From: Candidatus Multivoradales bacterium
GTDB taxonomy: Bacteria > Acidobacteriota > Thermoanaerobaculia > Multivoradales > J023
Assembly (NCBI GenBank): GCA_965248925.1
Contig: CBDFLE010000006.1
Coordinates: 2,592,001-2,656,000 of the forward strand
Reading direction: 5' to 3'
DNA: 64,000 nucleotides
Part shown: piece by piece, positions 1 to 10,007 of the stretch
Layout of the letters: each line of letters begins with the position of its first letter
How positions within the stretch are numbered: position 1 is the stretch's first letter
Notes under the pieces: model-generated
Databases searched by the model: none
What the model saw: the letters and a program-made list of their open reading frames with translations, nothing else
What the model was told of the DNA's origin: nothing
Translations under genes and position numbers: made by a program

Positions 1-908
1 TGGAGTCGGCGGTGGGCTTTGGTATACGAGCGCGGGTCGCCAGCGGCCAGTGCCTCGGCCAGAGCTTCGGCTTGGTGGAAAGCCAGCGACAGACCCTCGC
101 CGGTGATGGCATCGACATAACCCGCGGCATCGCCGACCAGCAGCACTCGACCCCGCCACACCCCCCGGACCCGCTGCATCAGTGGGCCAGCGCCCCGGTG
201 ACGCGATACCTCACGACAGCCAACAATTCGTTGCCGTAGATCGGGAAAGGAATCGAGCAGCTGGTCGAAACTAGCCTTGCGACCACTCCACAAGATGGCA
301 ATGCCGACCTCGCGACTCGCTACCGGCGTGACATATGCCTCACAACCAGCCGCCCAATAGACCTCGACACAGTCGCTCCACGGCTCTACCTCGAAATGGC
401 GCCGAACACCAAAGCGGCGGAACTTCACCGGACGCGTGGCAAGCCCGGCCCAGGAACGCACCGGCGAACGCAGGCCGTCGGCTCCCACGACCCATCGAGC
501 GGCGAATTCTCCCGTTTCCGTCCGCACTCCTTGGCGGCTTAGCCCTTTGACTCGGCTGTTCCACTCGATCTCGACGCCAACCTCCTCGGCCCGCTTGATC
601 AGCGCCAGGTGGAGCTGGGTACGGCGAATGCCAAAACCGTTGCCCTCGGGGAAGCGGCCCTCAGCCACCAGGTCCCGGTCAAGGTAGCGAATGCCAAAGA
701 AGGGGTGGCAGGCGCTGAGATCGAGACTCACGCCGAGGCGCCGCAGCACGGCAACACCATCAGGCATCAAACCTTCGCCGCAGGCCTTGTCGATCGGTCC
801 CTGGCGACTGGCTTCGAGCACGGTGACCGAGAAGTCCGTGCCCCGCAGAGCTACCGCTGCCGCCAGACCGGCCGGACCCCCACCGACCACCACCACCTGA
901 TCAGTCAT
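1..908 (-). CDS. FAD-dependent oxidoreductase/monooxygenase (geranylgeranyl reductase-like), runs off the window edge
   Basis: Not in the ORF track because there is no stop in the window. Manual translation from ATG at 908 (overlapping the FAAL stop) gives MTDQVVVVGGGPAGLAAA...DKACGEGLMP, and near the edge VLLVGDAAGYVDAITGEGLSLA. These are the GxGxxG and GDAA FAD motifs. Confidence 0.85.
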   Translation of the reverse strand, partial: MTDQVVVVGGGPAGLAAAVALRGTDFSVTVLEASRQGPIDKACGEGLMPDGVAVLRRLGVSLDLSACHPFFGIRYLDRDLVAEGRFPEGNGFGIRRTQLHLALIKRAEEVGVEIEWNSRVKGLSRQGVRTETGEFAARWVVGADGLRSPVRSWAGLATRPVKFRRFGVRRHFEVEPWSDCVEVYWAAGCEAYVTPVASREVGIAILWSGRKASFDQLLDSFPDLRQRIVGCREVSRHRGAGPLMQRVRGVWRGRVLLVGDAAGYVDAITGEGLSLAFHQAEALAEALAAGDPRSYTKAHRRL

Positions 909-2658
909 CGCCACGAGTTCGCCGAGCCCGAGTCCGCGCCAAGGTCGAACGAGCCATCGCTCCGGCCAGATACAGCGGCGTCACCCGGCGCGGCGGCAGC
1001 AGCTCCCCGCGCCGATGACGTTCAAGAGTCTGACCACGCCGCAGTTTGCCCGAACTGGTGCGCGGCAGGGTGCCCGGCTCGAGAACATGGATCGCGGCGC
1101 AGCGCAGTCCAGTAGCCGCCAACACCGCCTCTGCGGTTCTCTCAGCCAGGCTTTCGCGGTCTTCAGCCGACACCCCGCGAGCATGCTCGACGAAGACCTC
1201 CAGCCGTTCCGCCGCGGCCTCTTGCGGTAACCAGCTGACCGCCACCACACAACCGCGGCGCACCCCGGCCAATTTATCGACCGCCTGCTCGACATCGAGG
1301 GGCGAGTAGTTGCGACCGCGCAAAATCAGCACATCCTTGGCACGACCGGTGAGATAGAGCTCGCCGCCAGCGAGAAATCCAAGATCGCCGGTATCGAGCC
1401 AGCCGTCGCGCAATACCTCGGCGGTAGCCTCGGCGCAATCCAAATAGCCGTCCATCTGTGCCGGACTGCTGACCCAAACTCGACCCTCGATGCCGGCGTC
1501 GAGAACCTCGCCCTGATCATCCTTGAGCCGCACTTCGACACCGGGCAGAGGACGACCCACCGACACCAGTTCGACACCGTCGGTGGCGGCGACCGCCAAG
1601 CCGTCAACGGCCAATCGCTGACGATCAAAGCAGCGCGAAGTGAAGGAGCGATCAAGGTCAGAGAAGGTCACCGCCAGGCTGGCCTCGGACAAGCCATAGA
1701 CCGGGGTCAGGGCCTCGGCCCGAAAGCCCCAGGCGGCAAAACGCCGCTGGAAGGCGCGCAACACCGACGGTGCAATTGACTCTGCCCCATTGAGGGCCAC
1801 CCGACAGGCCGACAAATCGACCCCTTCGAGGTCTTGGTCGCGGATCTTCTCGGTACACAATCCGTAGGCGAAGTTCGGCGCCACAGTGATCTCAGCGCGA
1901 TAGCGCGACAAGGTGCGCAGCCAGATCGCCGGCCGGGCGACAAACACCTCGGGGCCGATCAAGGTCATCACGCTGGGCAGTTCTAAGGCCGGGAAGATGC
2001 AGCCGATCAAACCCATGTCATGGTAGAGCGGCAACCAACTCACGCCACTGGGCACGGTGCCAATATTCGCCGGCCAGAAGCTATTCAGAGCCTGTACCTG
2101 GGCCAACACGGCACGGTGGGCCAACGCCACGGGCTTGGGCTCGACGGTGGTGCCAGAAGAAAACTGCACCAAGGCCAACTGGTCGGCATTTTCAACTAAC
2201 TCAGGCGGCGCCTTGGCGACCGCCGGCAAGCGCCTCAGAGTCTTGCAGCCAAGTGCCGGACGGGCCAGCGCTATGCTCTCGCCCAACAGCCGCTCGACCC
2301 GCCGGTCCACCAGCACCAACCGCGCTGATACCGCTTGCATCATGCGCGCCGTGCGCCGGTGGTATTCGTCGAGGCGACCTAGGCGAACTGGCGGATAGAG
2401 CGGCACCGGAACCGCCCCGGCCCGCAAAATGCCAAAGAACGCGGCGAAGAACGCGGCTCCCGTGGGGTAGATCAAGACCACCCGATCAGCGGCCAAAACG
2501 CCCAGGGCAAGCAAGCTGGCGGCGGTCTGCTCAGCCTGGCGATAGACCTCGTCCCAGCCCAACCAGGTGGCCTTCTCACGCCGATCGATCAACCGCAAAC
2601 CAGTGCCGGGCTGGCCAGCGGCTCGCTGCAACAAACCGCTGAGCGTTTCAGGGGGCAA
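901..2658 (-). CDS. Fatty acyl-AMP ligase (FAAL)
   Basis: Motifs QFSSGTT, SWLPLYHDMGLIG, APNFAY, YGLSEASL followed by a FAAL-type insertion, and LPRTSSGK. Adjacent to an ACP. Confidence 0.9.
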   Translation of the reverse strand: MPPETLSGLLQRAAGQPGTGLRLIDRREKATWLGWDEVYRQAEQTAASLLALGVLAADRVVLIYPTGAAFFAAFFGILRAGAVPVPLYPPVRLGRLDEYHRRTARMMQAVSARLVLVDRRVERLLGESIALARPALGCKTLRRLPAVAKAPPELVENADQLALVQFSSGTTVEPKPVALAHRAVLAQVQALNSFWPANIGTVPSGVSWLPLYHDMGLIGCIFPALELPSVMTLIGPEVFVARPAIWLRTLSRYRAEITVAPNFAYGLCTEKIRDQDLEGVDLSACRVALNGAESIAPSVLRAFQRRFAAWGFRAEALTPVYGLSEASLAVTFSDLDRSFTSRCFDRQRLAVDGLAVAATDGVELVSVGRPLPGVEVRLKDDQGEVLDAGIEGRVWVSSPAQMDGYLDCAEATAEVLRDGWLDTGDLGFLAGGELYLTGRAKDVLILRGRNYSPLDVEQAVDKLAGVRRGCVVAVSWLPQEAAAERLEVFVEHARGVSAEDRESLAERTAEAVLAATGLRCAAIHVLEPGTLPRTSSGKLRRGQTLERHRRGELLPPRRVTPLYLAGAMARSTLARTRARRTRGDD

Positions 2659-2890
2659 GTTTCTTTCCCACCAAAGTCACCAGGTCACCCACCGTCACCA
2701 GAGCATCTTCATCGTCTTCGTCGAGGCAAATACGGAAGCGGTCTTCGACTTCCATCGCCAGGGTGAGGAGGCGGATCGAATCGAGCTGTAGATCTTCCAC
2801 CAATCGCATTTCGGCCCGGACGGGCCCCGACCATTCGAGCTTCTCGCGCGCCAAGCGGGCTATTTCGCCCAATATCTCGTGGCTCTTCAT
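2648..2890 (-). CDS. Acyl carrier protein
   Basis: 80 aa acidic protein with the DLQLDSIRLL phosphopantetheine motif. Overlaps its neighbours. Confidence 0.9.
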   Translation of the reverse strand: MKSHEILGEIARLAREKLEWSGPVRAEMRLVEDLQLDSIRLLTLAMEVEDRFRICLDEDDEDALVTVGDLVTLVGKKLAP

Positions 2891-3486
2891 CCCTGCCCTC
2901 GATTGCCGCCAGCGGGCAAGAAACGGGGCCGATCGGCGAACTGCTCGCGGTAGGCAGAGTGCTCAAAGAGCGCTGCTTCCTCAGCCCGGATTCGTTGCCT
3001 CAAGACCCAGAGATTGCCCAGGCTGTAGAGCGTCGCAGTTATCCAGGCTGTATGCACTAACGGCAAGGCAGCCACCTCGAACACCACCGCCAGATAGTTG
3101 GGGTGACGTAAGAATCGATATGGCCCGCGGACCACGGCGGCTTCTCCAGGCACCACCCAGACCTCGGTCGTCCAACGGTCACCAAGGCTCGAGATTGCCC
3201 AATAACGCAGTGCCATGGTCGCTACCACGAGAGCCAACATGGCAAGCGCCAGGGTCGGCAACAAGGGCCGCCGCAACCACCAGATCTCGGCCGGCGCGGC
3301 GAGCAGCAAGGTGGCATGCAAGACCACCATCCAGGGATAGTGGGCGCTAACCACCCGAAAGCCACCGCGAGCAGCCAGCCGCCGAGCATTGCGCCGGGTC
3401 AGAAGAAGCTCGACCAAGCGCTCCAGCACGATGAGGCCGATGAACCCGAGATACCAATAGCGAGTCTCAATGCCCAATATCATCAC
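2887..3486 (-). CDS. Isoprenylcysteine carboxyl methyltransferase-family membrane O-methyltransferase (SrsB/BpsB-like)
   Basis: Hydrophobic helices, GPYRFLRHPNY and RIRAEEAAL motifs. Directly downstream of the type III PKS. Confidence 0.88.
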   Translation of the reverse strand: MMILGIETRYWYLGFIGLIVLERLVELLLTRRNARRLAARGGFRVVSAHYPWMVVLHATLLLAAPAEIWWLRRPLLPTLALAMLALVVATMALRYWAISSLGDRWTTEVWVVPGEAAVVRGPYRFLRHPNYLAVVFEVAALPLVHTAWITATLYSLGNLWVLRQRIRAEEAALFEHSAYREQFADRPRFLPAGGNRGQG

Positions 3487-3496
3487 AGCCGCCGGC

Positions 3497-4552
3497 TCAC
3501 CACCGAAGCAACACCAGCTCAGAGCAGAATCCCGGCCCCATCGCCAGCAACACTCCCCAACTGCCCGCCGCCGGCCGCTGTTCGAGCAAGGTGTCGCGCA
3601 GCACCAACAGCACCGAAGTCGAAGAGAGGTTTCCTAACTCACGCAGACTGCGCCAGGTCAGGTTGAGGGCGTCGTCGGCAAGTTCGAGGCCCTCCTGCAT
3701 CGCTTGCAGAACCTTCGGCCCTCCCGGATGGCAGACCCAGGAGGAGATATCAGCACGGACCAGTCCCTGATCGGTGAGAAACCGGTCGACATCGGCGCGG
3801 AGATGCCGAGTGACCATTTGCGGCACTTCGGCGGAGAGCACGATCCCGAATCCTTGTTCGCCAATATCCCAACCCATGACCTGCTCGGTATCGCGATAGA
3901 ACACCGAGCGTGTCGCCACCACCCGCGGTCCATCACCAACCGCTGGATGTTCGGACCCGGCAACCACCACCGCCGCCGCGCCGTCGCCAAACAAGCCCGA
4001 AGCGATCAAGTTGGCGACCGAAACGTCCTGCCGTTGCAGAGTCAAGGAACACAGCTCCACCGACAGCAAGACCGCGATTCGCTGGGGATAGGCCCGCACG
4101 TAGTCGGCGGCGCGAGAGATCCCCGCCGCTCCCGCCACGCAGCCAAGGCCAAAGATCGGCATCCGGTGGATGGACAGCGGCAATTCGAGACGGTTCATCA
4201 GGCGAGCGTCGAGCGAGGGAGTCGCCACCCCAGTGACCGTCACCGTCAGCAAGGCATCGACATCCGCACACTTGAGATCAGCGCTGGCCAGAGCATCTTG
4301 GATCGCCGCCGCGCCGACCTCTTGCGCCACCCGGATCCAAGCATTGTTGGCGTCGCCAAAGCCCCGCAGCTGCTCATATTGGTCGAGTTCGAGAGCCAGA
4401 TGACGACCACCGACCAGAACATTGGCAAACATCCGGTCGAGGCGCTGCGGATTGAAGTGCTGGCGCGACCAATAGCGCCGGATCGCCGCTAGCAGCTGTT
4501 CTTGATCGTAGTAGTGCGGCGGCAAGGCCTTGCCGACAGCTACGATGCGCAC
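3497..4552 (-). CDS. Type III polyketide synthase (chalcone/alkylresorcinol synthase family)
   Basis: Cys-His-Asn triad (GLGCVAG, CHPGG, GNLSS), plus ELCSLT, LFGDGA and AMGPGF. Confidence 0.93.
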   Translation of the reverse strand: MRIVAVGKALPPHYYDQEQLLAAIRRYWSRQHFNPQRLDRMFANVLVGGRHLALELDQYEQLRGFGDANNAWIRVAQEVGAAAIQDALASADLKCADVDALLTVTVTGVATPSLDARLMNRLELPLSIHRMPIFGLGCVAGAAGISRAADYVRAYPQRIAVLLSVELCSLTLQRQDVSVANLIASGLFGDGAAAVVVAGSEHPAVGDGPRVVATRSVFYRDTEQVMGWDIGEQGFGIVLSAEVPQMVTRHLRADVDRFLTDQGLVRADISSWVCHPGGPKVLQAMQEGLELADDALNLTWRSLRELGNLSSTSVLLVLRDTLLEQRPAAGSWGVLLAMGPGFCSELVLLRW

Positions 4553-4597
4553 CTTAGCGAACCCCTAGCCCGCGGGCGCTGACCGGCGTCAAACCAC

Positions 4598-5071
4598 TCA
4601 CTCCAGATCATCCCGGGGTGGTTGCCAAGGGTCTTCTTCAACCGCCGGCGAGGGGCTACCGGTGAGCCCGGAGCGGCGTGCCAAAAGCGCTAGCGCCAAG
4701 CCACACACGGTGTAGAGCACCCACCAAGCCAAGGCCAAATTCCACCACGCCTGGTGCGATTGGCGGGTTGCCACGACGATGGTGATCACCAGCAGCGGTC
4801 CGCGAAACACCCACGCTAGCCAGCCGGCTGCCAAGCCGTCCAACCACCAGGTACCGGCGCGGCCAAGAATCATCAAATAGAGGCCCAGCAGACCCACCGC
4901 CTCGAGCAACCAGGCACCGAGGACCAGCTTCGGTGGCAAGCGCTGCTCGTCGAAAGACAATTTGATGACCGCGCCGGAACGAGGCTCAAGATCGAGCACG
5001 TCGACGGTGAAGCCAAATATGGCCATCGTCAGCACCAAGAGCGGCAGGGCTATGAAAACAAAGCGAAGCAA
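4598..5071 (-). CDS. Hypothetical integral membrane protein (about 4 TM)
   Basis: Hydrophobic ORF co-oriented with its neighbours. Start uncertain, TTG at 5071 chosen. Confidence 0.55.
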   Translation of the reverse strand: MLRFVFIALPLLVLTMAIFGFTVDVLDLEPRSGAVIKLSFDEQRLPPKLVLGAWLLEAVGLLGLYLMILGRAGTWWLDGLAAGWLAWVFRGPLLVITIVVATRQSHQAWWNLALAWWVLYTVCGLALALLARRSGLTGSPSPAVEEDPWQPPRDDLE

Positions 5072-5249
5072 AGTAGAGCGATCGTAGCCGAATTCAATCT
5101 CCGCTGCATGGCGAAGATCAACGCATTGGGCCCGTGAAGAATTAACCTCCGCATACCCAGGTGGACCGGAGTACGCCACAGGGAAAGTAACCCCGCGAAA
5201 GGCGACGCTCTGGGTGGCCGAATAGCGGACGTTTCTCTTTCGCGGGCCT

Positions 5250-6668
5250 TTACTGGGCCGCGACCGCGTCCTCCGGCAGGGAGATCGGGGCCAGTGCGGC
5301 CGCGTCGACACCATCGAGCACCACCAAGCCTGAGCCTAGCGGATCGAGCCAGTCGGAGAAGCGGCCGCCCGGAAGGTCATTGCCGGCCCACGAGGTCGCC
5401 AGTCGGCCAAACCAATCGGGGCCCTGGTTGCCACAGGCGGCGTAACCCCCGTGCAGCTGGCCGACCACGCGGTGATCCTGATTAAACAGCGGGCCGCCCG
5501 AGGAACCGCCTTCGGTTGAACCAACCTCCCAACCGTCTACTCGCAGGTGGCTACCCGCTGCCGGCTGGCGGCTCAGATGGTCGGTGCGTGGTGCCGGATC
5601 ACGATCGAAGCTAATCCGCTTGACGTCGGTGTTCGGATGGTGGATGGCGGCGGTGCGCAAGGGCACGGAATCGCTGCGGTCCCAACCGGCGTAGAACACC
5701 CCGAACGCCGGATCCGGCAGATCGTCGAGTTCCAACAGCACCGCATCCGCGGTCAGTACCTCTGCCCGCAGCACCGCGCCGGTTTGGAACTGGCTGAGAC
5801 CGCGGCGTTCAGCAGCCAGCCTCTGGGCTCGGTTGAGTGGTCGCTTCGGCCCGCGTTCGCAGATGGCTCGCTGGTGATTCCACACCACCACCACCGACGG
5901 CGCATTGATCTCGTCGATCTCACAGTGGCTAGCGGTGGCGAAGAGCGGCCGCCCATCTTGGGCCGAGTTGTTGAGCAAGAAGCCAGTGCAAAAACGAACC
6001 CCTCCGATCGCCACCAGTCCGACGGCTCGCACTTCGTCGATCCATGGGTCGGCTTCGGCACAGACCACATCGACATGGCAGTCGCCACTCTTGGCGGTGG
6101 GCTGACCAAAACCGGCATAGCCATGCTGGATCGAGGTCAACCGCAGCTCCAACTTCTCCAGCCCGGCCATCGGCAAGCGCAGATCGAGCACCAGTTCTTG
6201 GCCCGGAATGGGCGGTGTCCACAACTGGCGGTGCTCTTCGTTGTCGTGTTCGGTGAAGGGGCCGATGTGATGCTTGCCGTCGGCGGTATGCAGCGTCAGC
6301 TCGCCACCCGCCGGCATCCAATAGCGACCAAAACCGAGGCTCAGCGACAAGGCGCGAGGAGAATGCAAACGCAGGCGCCAGCGCAATTTGCCATCCGCCA
6401 AGACTTCCCATCCATTCTCAGTCCAGGGGGATACCTCCACCGGAATTCGGTGCGCGAAATGGGGCGACTGGCCAGCTTTGACCCGCGACTCATCCAGCGC
6501 TTGCAGCTGGTTCTGATCCACCAGCGGTAGTCGAAAGCGCTTGACCGTCTGAAACTGCCCGGCCACCTGAGCCCCGGCCGCTACTGCCGCAGACAGCCAC
6601 AATGCTAGTAGACAGAGGGCCAGGCTGTAGCGAAGGCTGGGGTTTGGCTGAATAGAGCGCGTTTTCAT
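5250..6668 (-). CDS. Secreted trypsin-like serine protease, lysyl endopeptidase (Achromobacter protease I)-like, with propeptide
   Basis: Signal peptide, CTGFLLNN, TASHC (His), DAVLLEL (Asp), HHPNTDVKRIS, TEGGSSGGPLF (Ser), VGQLHGG and WLDP. Confidence 0.88.
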   Translation of the reverse strand: MKTRSIQPNPSLRYSLALCLLALWLSAAVAAGAQVAGQFQTVKRFRLPLVDQNQLQALDESRVKAGQSPHFAHRIPVEVSPWTENGWEVLADGKLRWRLRLHSPRALSLSLGFGRYWMPAGGELTLHTADGKHHIGPFTEHDNEEHRQLWTPPIPGQELVLDLRLPMAGLEKLELRLTSIQHGYAGFGQPTAKSGDCHVDVVCAEADPWIDEVRAVGLVAIGGVRFCTGFLLNNSAQDGRPLFATASHCEIDEINAPSVVVVWNHQRAICERGPKRPLNRAQRLAAERRGLSQFQTGAVLRAEVLTADAVLLELDDLPDPAFGVFYAGWDRSDSVPLRTAAIHHPNTDVKRISFDRDPAPRTDHLSRQPAAGSHLRVDGWEVGSTEGGSSGGPLFNQDHRVVGQLHGGYAACGNQGPDWFGRLATSWAGNDLPGGRFSDWLDPLGSGLVVLDGVDAAALAPISLPEDAVAAQ

Positions 6669-6769
6669 GTCGTTGCACCAGTTTGGCTTGAGGCACCGGG
6701 TCGAAGCGTCGAGCCACGGCACCGGGTCCAGACTGAGCCCGAGCACGGTGCGTACCGTTCTAAATTCTA

Positions 6770-8713
6770 TCATGCCAACTCAGGAAGGTCCGCAAATAGC
6801 TTCAGCGCTTCCGGGTTGGCCAGCGCATCGACATTCTTGACCGGCTGACCATGAATCACCGCGCGTACTGCCAGCTCGGTGATCTTGCCCGAGCGGGTAC
6901 GCGGGATATCGGCCACCTGGACGATCACCTTGGGAACATGGAACGGTGAGGCGTGGTGGCGGATCTGCCGACGGATCGTATCCCTCAAGCCCTCGTCGAG
7001 TTGCAATCCAGGGCGCAGACAAACGAAGAGCACGACCCTGACGTCGTCCTGCCAACGCTGACCGACCACCAGCGCCTCGACTACCTCGTCGAGTTGCTCG
7101 ACCTGGCGATAGATCTCGGCAGTTCCAATCCGCACTCCCCCCGGATTGAGCGTGGCGTCGGATCGCCCATGGATGATCAGCCCGCCTCGCTCAGTGAGTT
7201 CGGCCCAATCTCCATGACGCCAGATACCGGGGAAGTGCTCGAAGTAGGCCGCCCGGTATCGGCTACCGTCGCTGTCGTCCCAGAACCCCACCGGCATCGA
7301 GGGAAAAGCCCGCGTACAGACCAGCTCTCCTTTCTCGCCGACCCGCGGCTTGCCCTCCTCGTCCCACACCTCAACCGCCATGCCCAGGCCTCGGGTCTGC
7401 AACTCACCGCGAAACACCGGCGCCACTGGGTTGCCTAGGGCAAAACAGGAGATCAGATCGGTGCCGCCTGAAATGGAGGACAGGCAGAGATCCTCCTTGA
7501 TGTCACGGTAGACGTAGTCGTAGCTCTCATGCGCCAGCGGCGAGCCGGTGGAGAGAATGGTTCGCAGAGCCGCCAAATCGTGCTCGGCCCGCGGCACCAC
7601 CCCTTCCTTCTCCGCCATCGCCAGATATTTAGCGCTAGTGCCGAAAACAGTGACCTGGTCGCGCTCAGCCATGTCCCACAACGCAGCCGGCCGCGGCGCC
7701 AGCGGCGAGCCGTCCCACAACACTATCTTGGCGCCAACCGCCAGGCTGGACACCAGCCAATTCCACATCATCCAACCGCAGGTGGTGAAGTAGAAGATGG
7801 AGTCTTGCCGCGTCAGATCGGTGTGTAACACCAGCTCCTTGAGGTGCTGCAGCAGAGTGCCGCCAGCACCATGCACCATGCACTTCGGCAATCCGGTGGT
7901 ACCTGAGGAGTAAAGGATGTAGAGGGGATGGTCGAAAGGCAGTTGAATAAAGTCGATTTCGGCCACCGGGTAGTCGGCAACGAATTCCGGCCACAGCTCC
8001 AGCCGGTCGTCGAAGTCCGCCGCTGGCGCCGGCTCGAGATAGGGCACCACCACCACCTTGGCCAGCGCCGGCAACTCACCGAGCACCTGCCGAATCCGAC
8101 CAAGAGAGTCATAGGCCTTGCCCGCGAAACGGTAACCATCGGCGGTAAACAACACCTTGGGCTCGATCTGACCGAAGCGGTCGAGCACCCCCTTGACACC
8201 GAAATCCGGCGAGCATGAAGACCAGGTCGCGCCAAGGCTGGAGGTGGCCAACATCGCGATGACCGCGGCTGGGATATTGGGCAGGAAGCCGACGACCCGA
8301 TCGCCGACACCAACCCCGACCGCCCGCAACGCTTGAGCCACTCGGGAAACCTCGGCGTAAAGTTCGGCATGGCTCAGCTCGGCCTGCCGGCCAGCCTCGT
8401 TCCAAGCCACTAGCGCAATTCGCTGATCGCGATAGCGCAATAGGTTCTCAGCGAAGTTCAGCCGCGCGCCCGAGAACCATCTGGCTCCGGGCATGCGCCG
8501 CGGGTGATCGACCACCTGATCCCAGGTCCGCGAAGCGACAATGCCGCAGAAACTCCACACCTGCGCCCAAAAACGGTCGGGATTTTCCACTGACCAATGA
8601 AAAAGAGAGGAAAAATCGTCGAGAGTCGACTCCTCCCGCTTCGATTCGGCAAGAAATCGGGTCATGCTGGCGCGCGCAATACGCTCTACCGAGGGTGTCC
8701 AAACCGGCTTCAT
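6770..8713 (-). CDS. Acetoacetate--CoA ligase (acetoacetyl-CoA synthetase)
   Basis: LNFAENLL, SSCSPDFG, YSSGTTGLPKCMVHGAGG, WMMWNWLVS, SISGGTD and GRSDATLNPGGVRIGTAEIY. Confidence 0.93.
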   Translation of the reverse strand: MKPVWTPSVERIARASMTRFLAESKREESTLDDFSSLFHWSVENPDRFWAQVWSFCGIVASRTWDQVVDHPRRMPGARWFSGARLNFAENLLRYRDQRIALVAWNEAGRQAELSHAELYAEVSRVAQALRAVGVGVGDRVVGFLPNIPAAVIAMLATSSLGATWSSCSPDFGVKGVLDRFGQIEPKVLFTADGYRFAGKAYDSLGRIRQVLGELPALAKVVVVPYLEPAPAADFDDRLELWPEFVADYPVAEIDFIQLPFDHPLYILYSSGTTGLPKCMVHGAGGTLLQHLKELVLHTDLTRQDSIFYFTTCGWMMWNWLVSSLAVGAKIVLWDGSPLAPRPAALWDMAERDQVTVFGTSAKYLAMAEKEGVVPRAEHDLAALRTILSTGSPLAHESYDYVYRDIKEDLCLSSISGGTDLISCFALGNPVAPVFRGELQTRGLGMAVEVWDEEGKPRVGEKGELVCTRAFPSMPVGFWDDSDGSRYRAAYFEHFPGIWRHGDWAELTERGGLIIHGRSDATLNPGGVRIGTAEIYRQVEQLDEVVEALVVGQRWQDDVRVVLFVCLRPGLQLDEGLRDTIRRQIRHHASPFHVPKVIVQVADIPRTRSGKITELAVRAVIHGQPVKNVDALANPEALKLFADLPELA

Positions 8714-8953
8714 ACCGACCTCCGAGTTAGCAGATTCGCTGGGTGCACCGTAGGGTTGCGGGCTTGCCCATTGGGCATCGATCCTAGAGATTCGGTATCA
8801 TTGTGTAGGGTGAAGGACTAACACTCATCCTTTTGACTCTACTATTATTTTCGGGTTAGTGAGAGAAAGCGGCCTTGAAGAAACGCCAGTCGGCCCTAGC
8901 TTGTCGAATGGCGGAAAGGTCAACTGCCAACCCAAACATCGTTGGGCACCCTT

Positions 8954-9529
8954 ATGATTTTGACGCATTCCCAGAAAGTGCTGGACAACGCTGCCAGCGA
9001 CATCAAAAAACGCATCCTGCGCGACGAGGAAGGTGCTCCGCGGCGAATCAAGCCGCTGCTGACCTACATCCACGAACACCTCTTCGATCCATCCTTGGAT
9101 GTCAATCAGCTCAAGCGGGGGTGCGGGGTTCGCGACAATTCGCTGCCGATCCAGTTTCATGCAGCGATCGGCAAACCTCCTCATGCTTACATCGAAGATT
9201 GCCGATTGACGGTGGCCTGCGGGCTGCTGGCCAGTTCCGATCTCAAGGTGTGGAAGATCGCTCAACTGCTCGGCTACTCCAGCATCCAGGTTTTCAGTCG
9301 CGCCTTCACCCGCTGGGGTGGTGTGCGACCCACCACTTATCGCAAACACCGAGTCCTGGCTCCGGAGCGGCAGTCAGCGGAAGTGACCAAGGCTGGCGCT
9401 CGGGGAGCAGAGGCGCGAGACGCCGATTTCCTGCGCCGGGCATTGAAGGGGCAGCTGGAAGCGTCCCAGGCGCGCAACTTGATTGAACAGCTAACCCGTC
9501 TCTACCCAGTTGAGCAAGGCGGCTTCTAG
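8954..9529 (+). CDS. AraC-family HTH transcriptional regulator
   Basis: KIAQLLGYSSIQVFSRAFTRWGGVRPTTYRK AraC signature. Short, with no evident N-terminal ligand domain. Confidence 0.85.
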   Translation: MILTHSQKVLDNAASDIKKRILRDEEGAPRRIKPLLTYIHEHLFDPSLDVNQLKRGCGVRDNSLPIQFHAAIGKPPHAYIEDCRLTVACGLLASSDLKVWKIAQLLGYSSIQVFSRAFTRWGGVRPTTYRKHRVLAPERQSAEVTKAGARGAEARDADFLRRALKGQLEASQARNLIEQLTRLYPVEQGGF

Positions 9530-9633
9530 CCGACAGCCGACCAGAGGGGTATCTCGGGAGAAACCGACGAAGCCCATCCTGGCCAAAAGTTACAGCGAAA
9601 ACGCTCGCTGAGCCGCGGCAGGAACATTGACTA

Positions 9634-9657
9634 GCCCGGATCCGCGCGGATCCGGGC
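9634..9657. repeat. Perfect 24-bp palindrome
   Basis: gcccggatccgc|gcggatccgggc in the intergenic region after the AraC gene. Confidence 0.8.
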
Positions 9658-9738
9658 CCATTTCCCCACTGGGAATTTCACCACTGTCCTTCCAGAATGC
9701 TGTTCCCAGGCAGCTGGGCAGCCCCACCCGTGGGCTTA

Positions 9739-9849
9739 GGGTCCGCAAAGAAATAGCTTCCGCGTACCGCAGTACGCCGCAGGGAGCGCAACGCCGCAGG
9801 CGGCGTTGCATGAGAGGCCGAACACCGGAAGTTGTTCTTTCGCGGACCT
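9739..9849. repeat. MITE/REP-like element or structured RNA with long terminal inverted repeats
   Basis: ggtccgcaaagaaatagcttccg pairs with cggaagttgttctttcgcggacc. Internal hairpin gcaacgccgc-ag-gcggcgttgc. Confidence 0.6.
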
Positions 9850-10007
9850 CAAGGGCACAGATCTCGAAGAAAAACCTCTCTTCTGCCTACAAACTCTGGC
9901 ATCTAGGAAAACCAGGTGAATCGCCGATCGCCCCTTGGGTGCAAGCGCTAGGCTTCAGCTGTGGCATTCCATTTCCTATCAAATGCCGGTTTAGAAGGGT
10001 CGAGGAC

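Noticed and set aside
9739-9849. 6S RNA
   Set aside because: About 110 nt is too short, and it lacks the large central bubble. A terminal-IR MITE-like form fits better.
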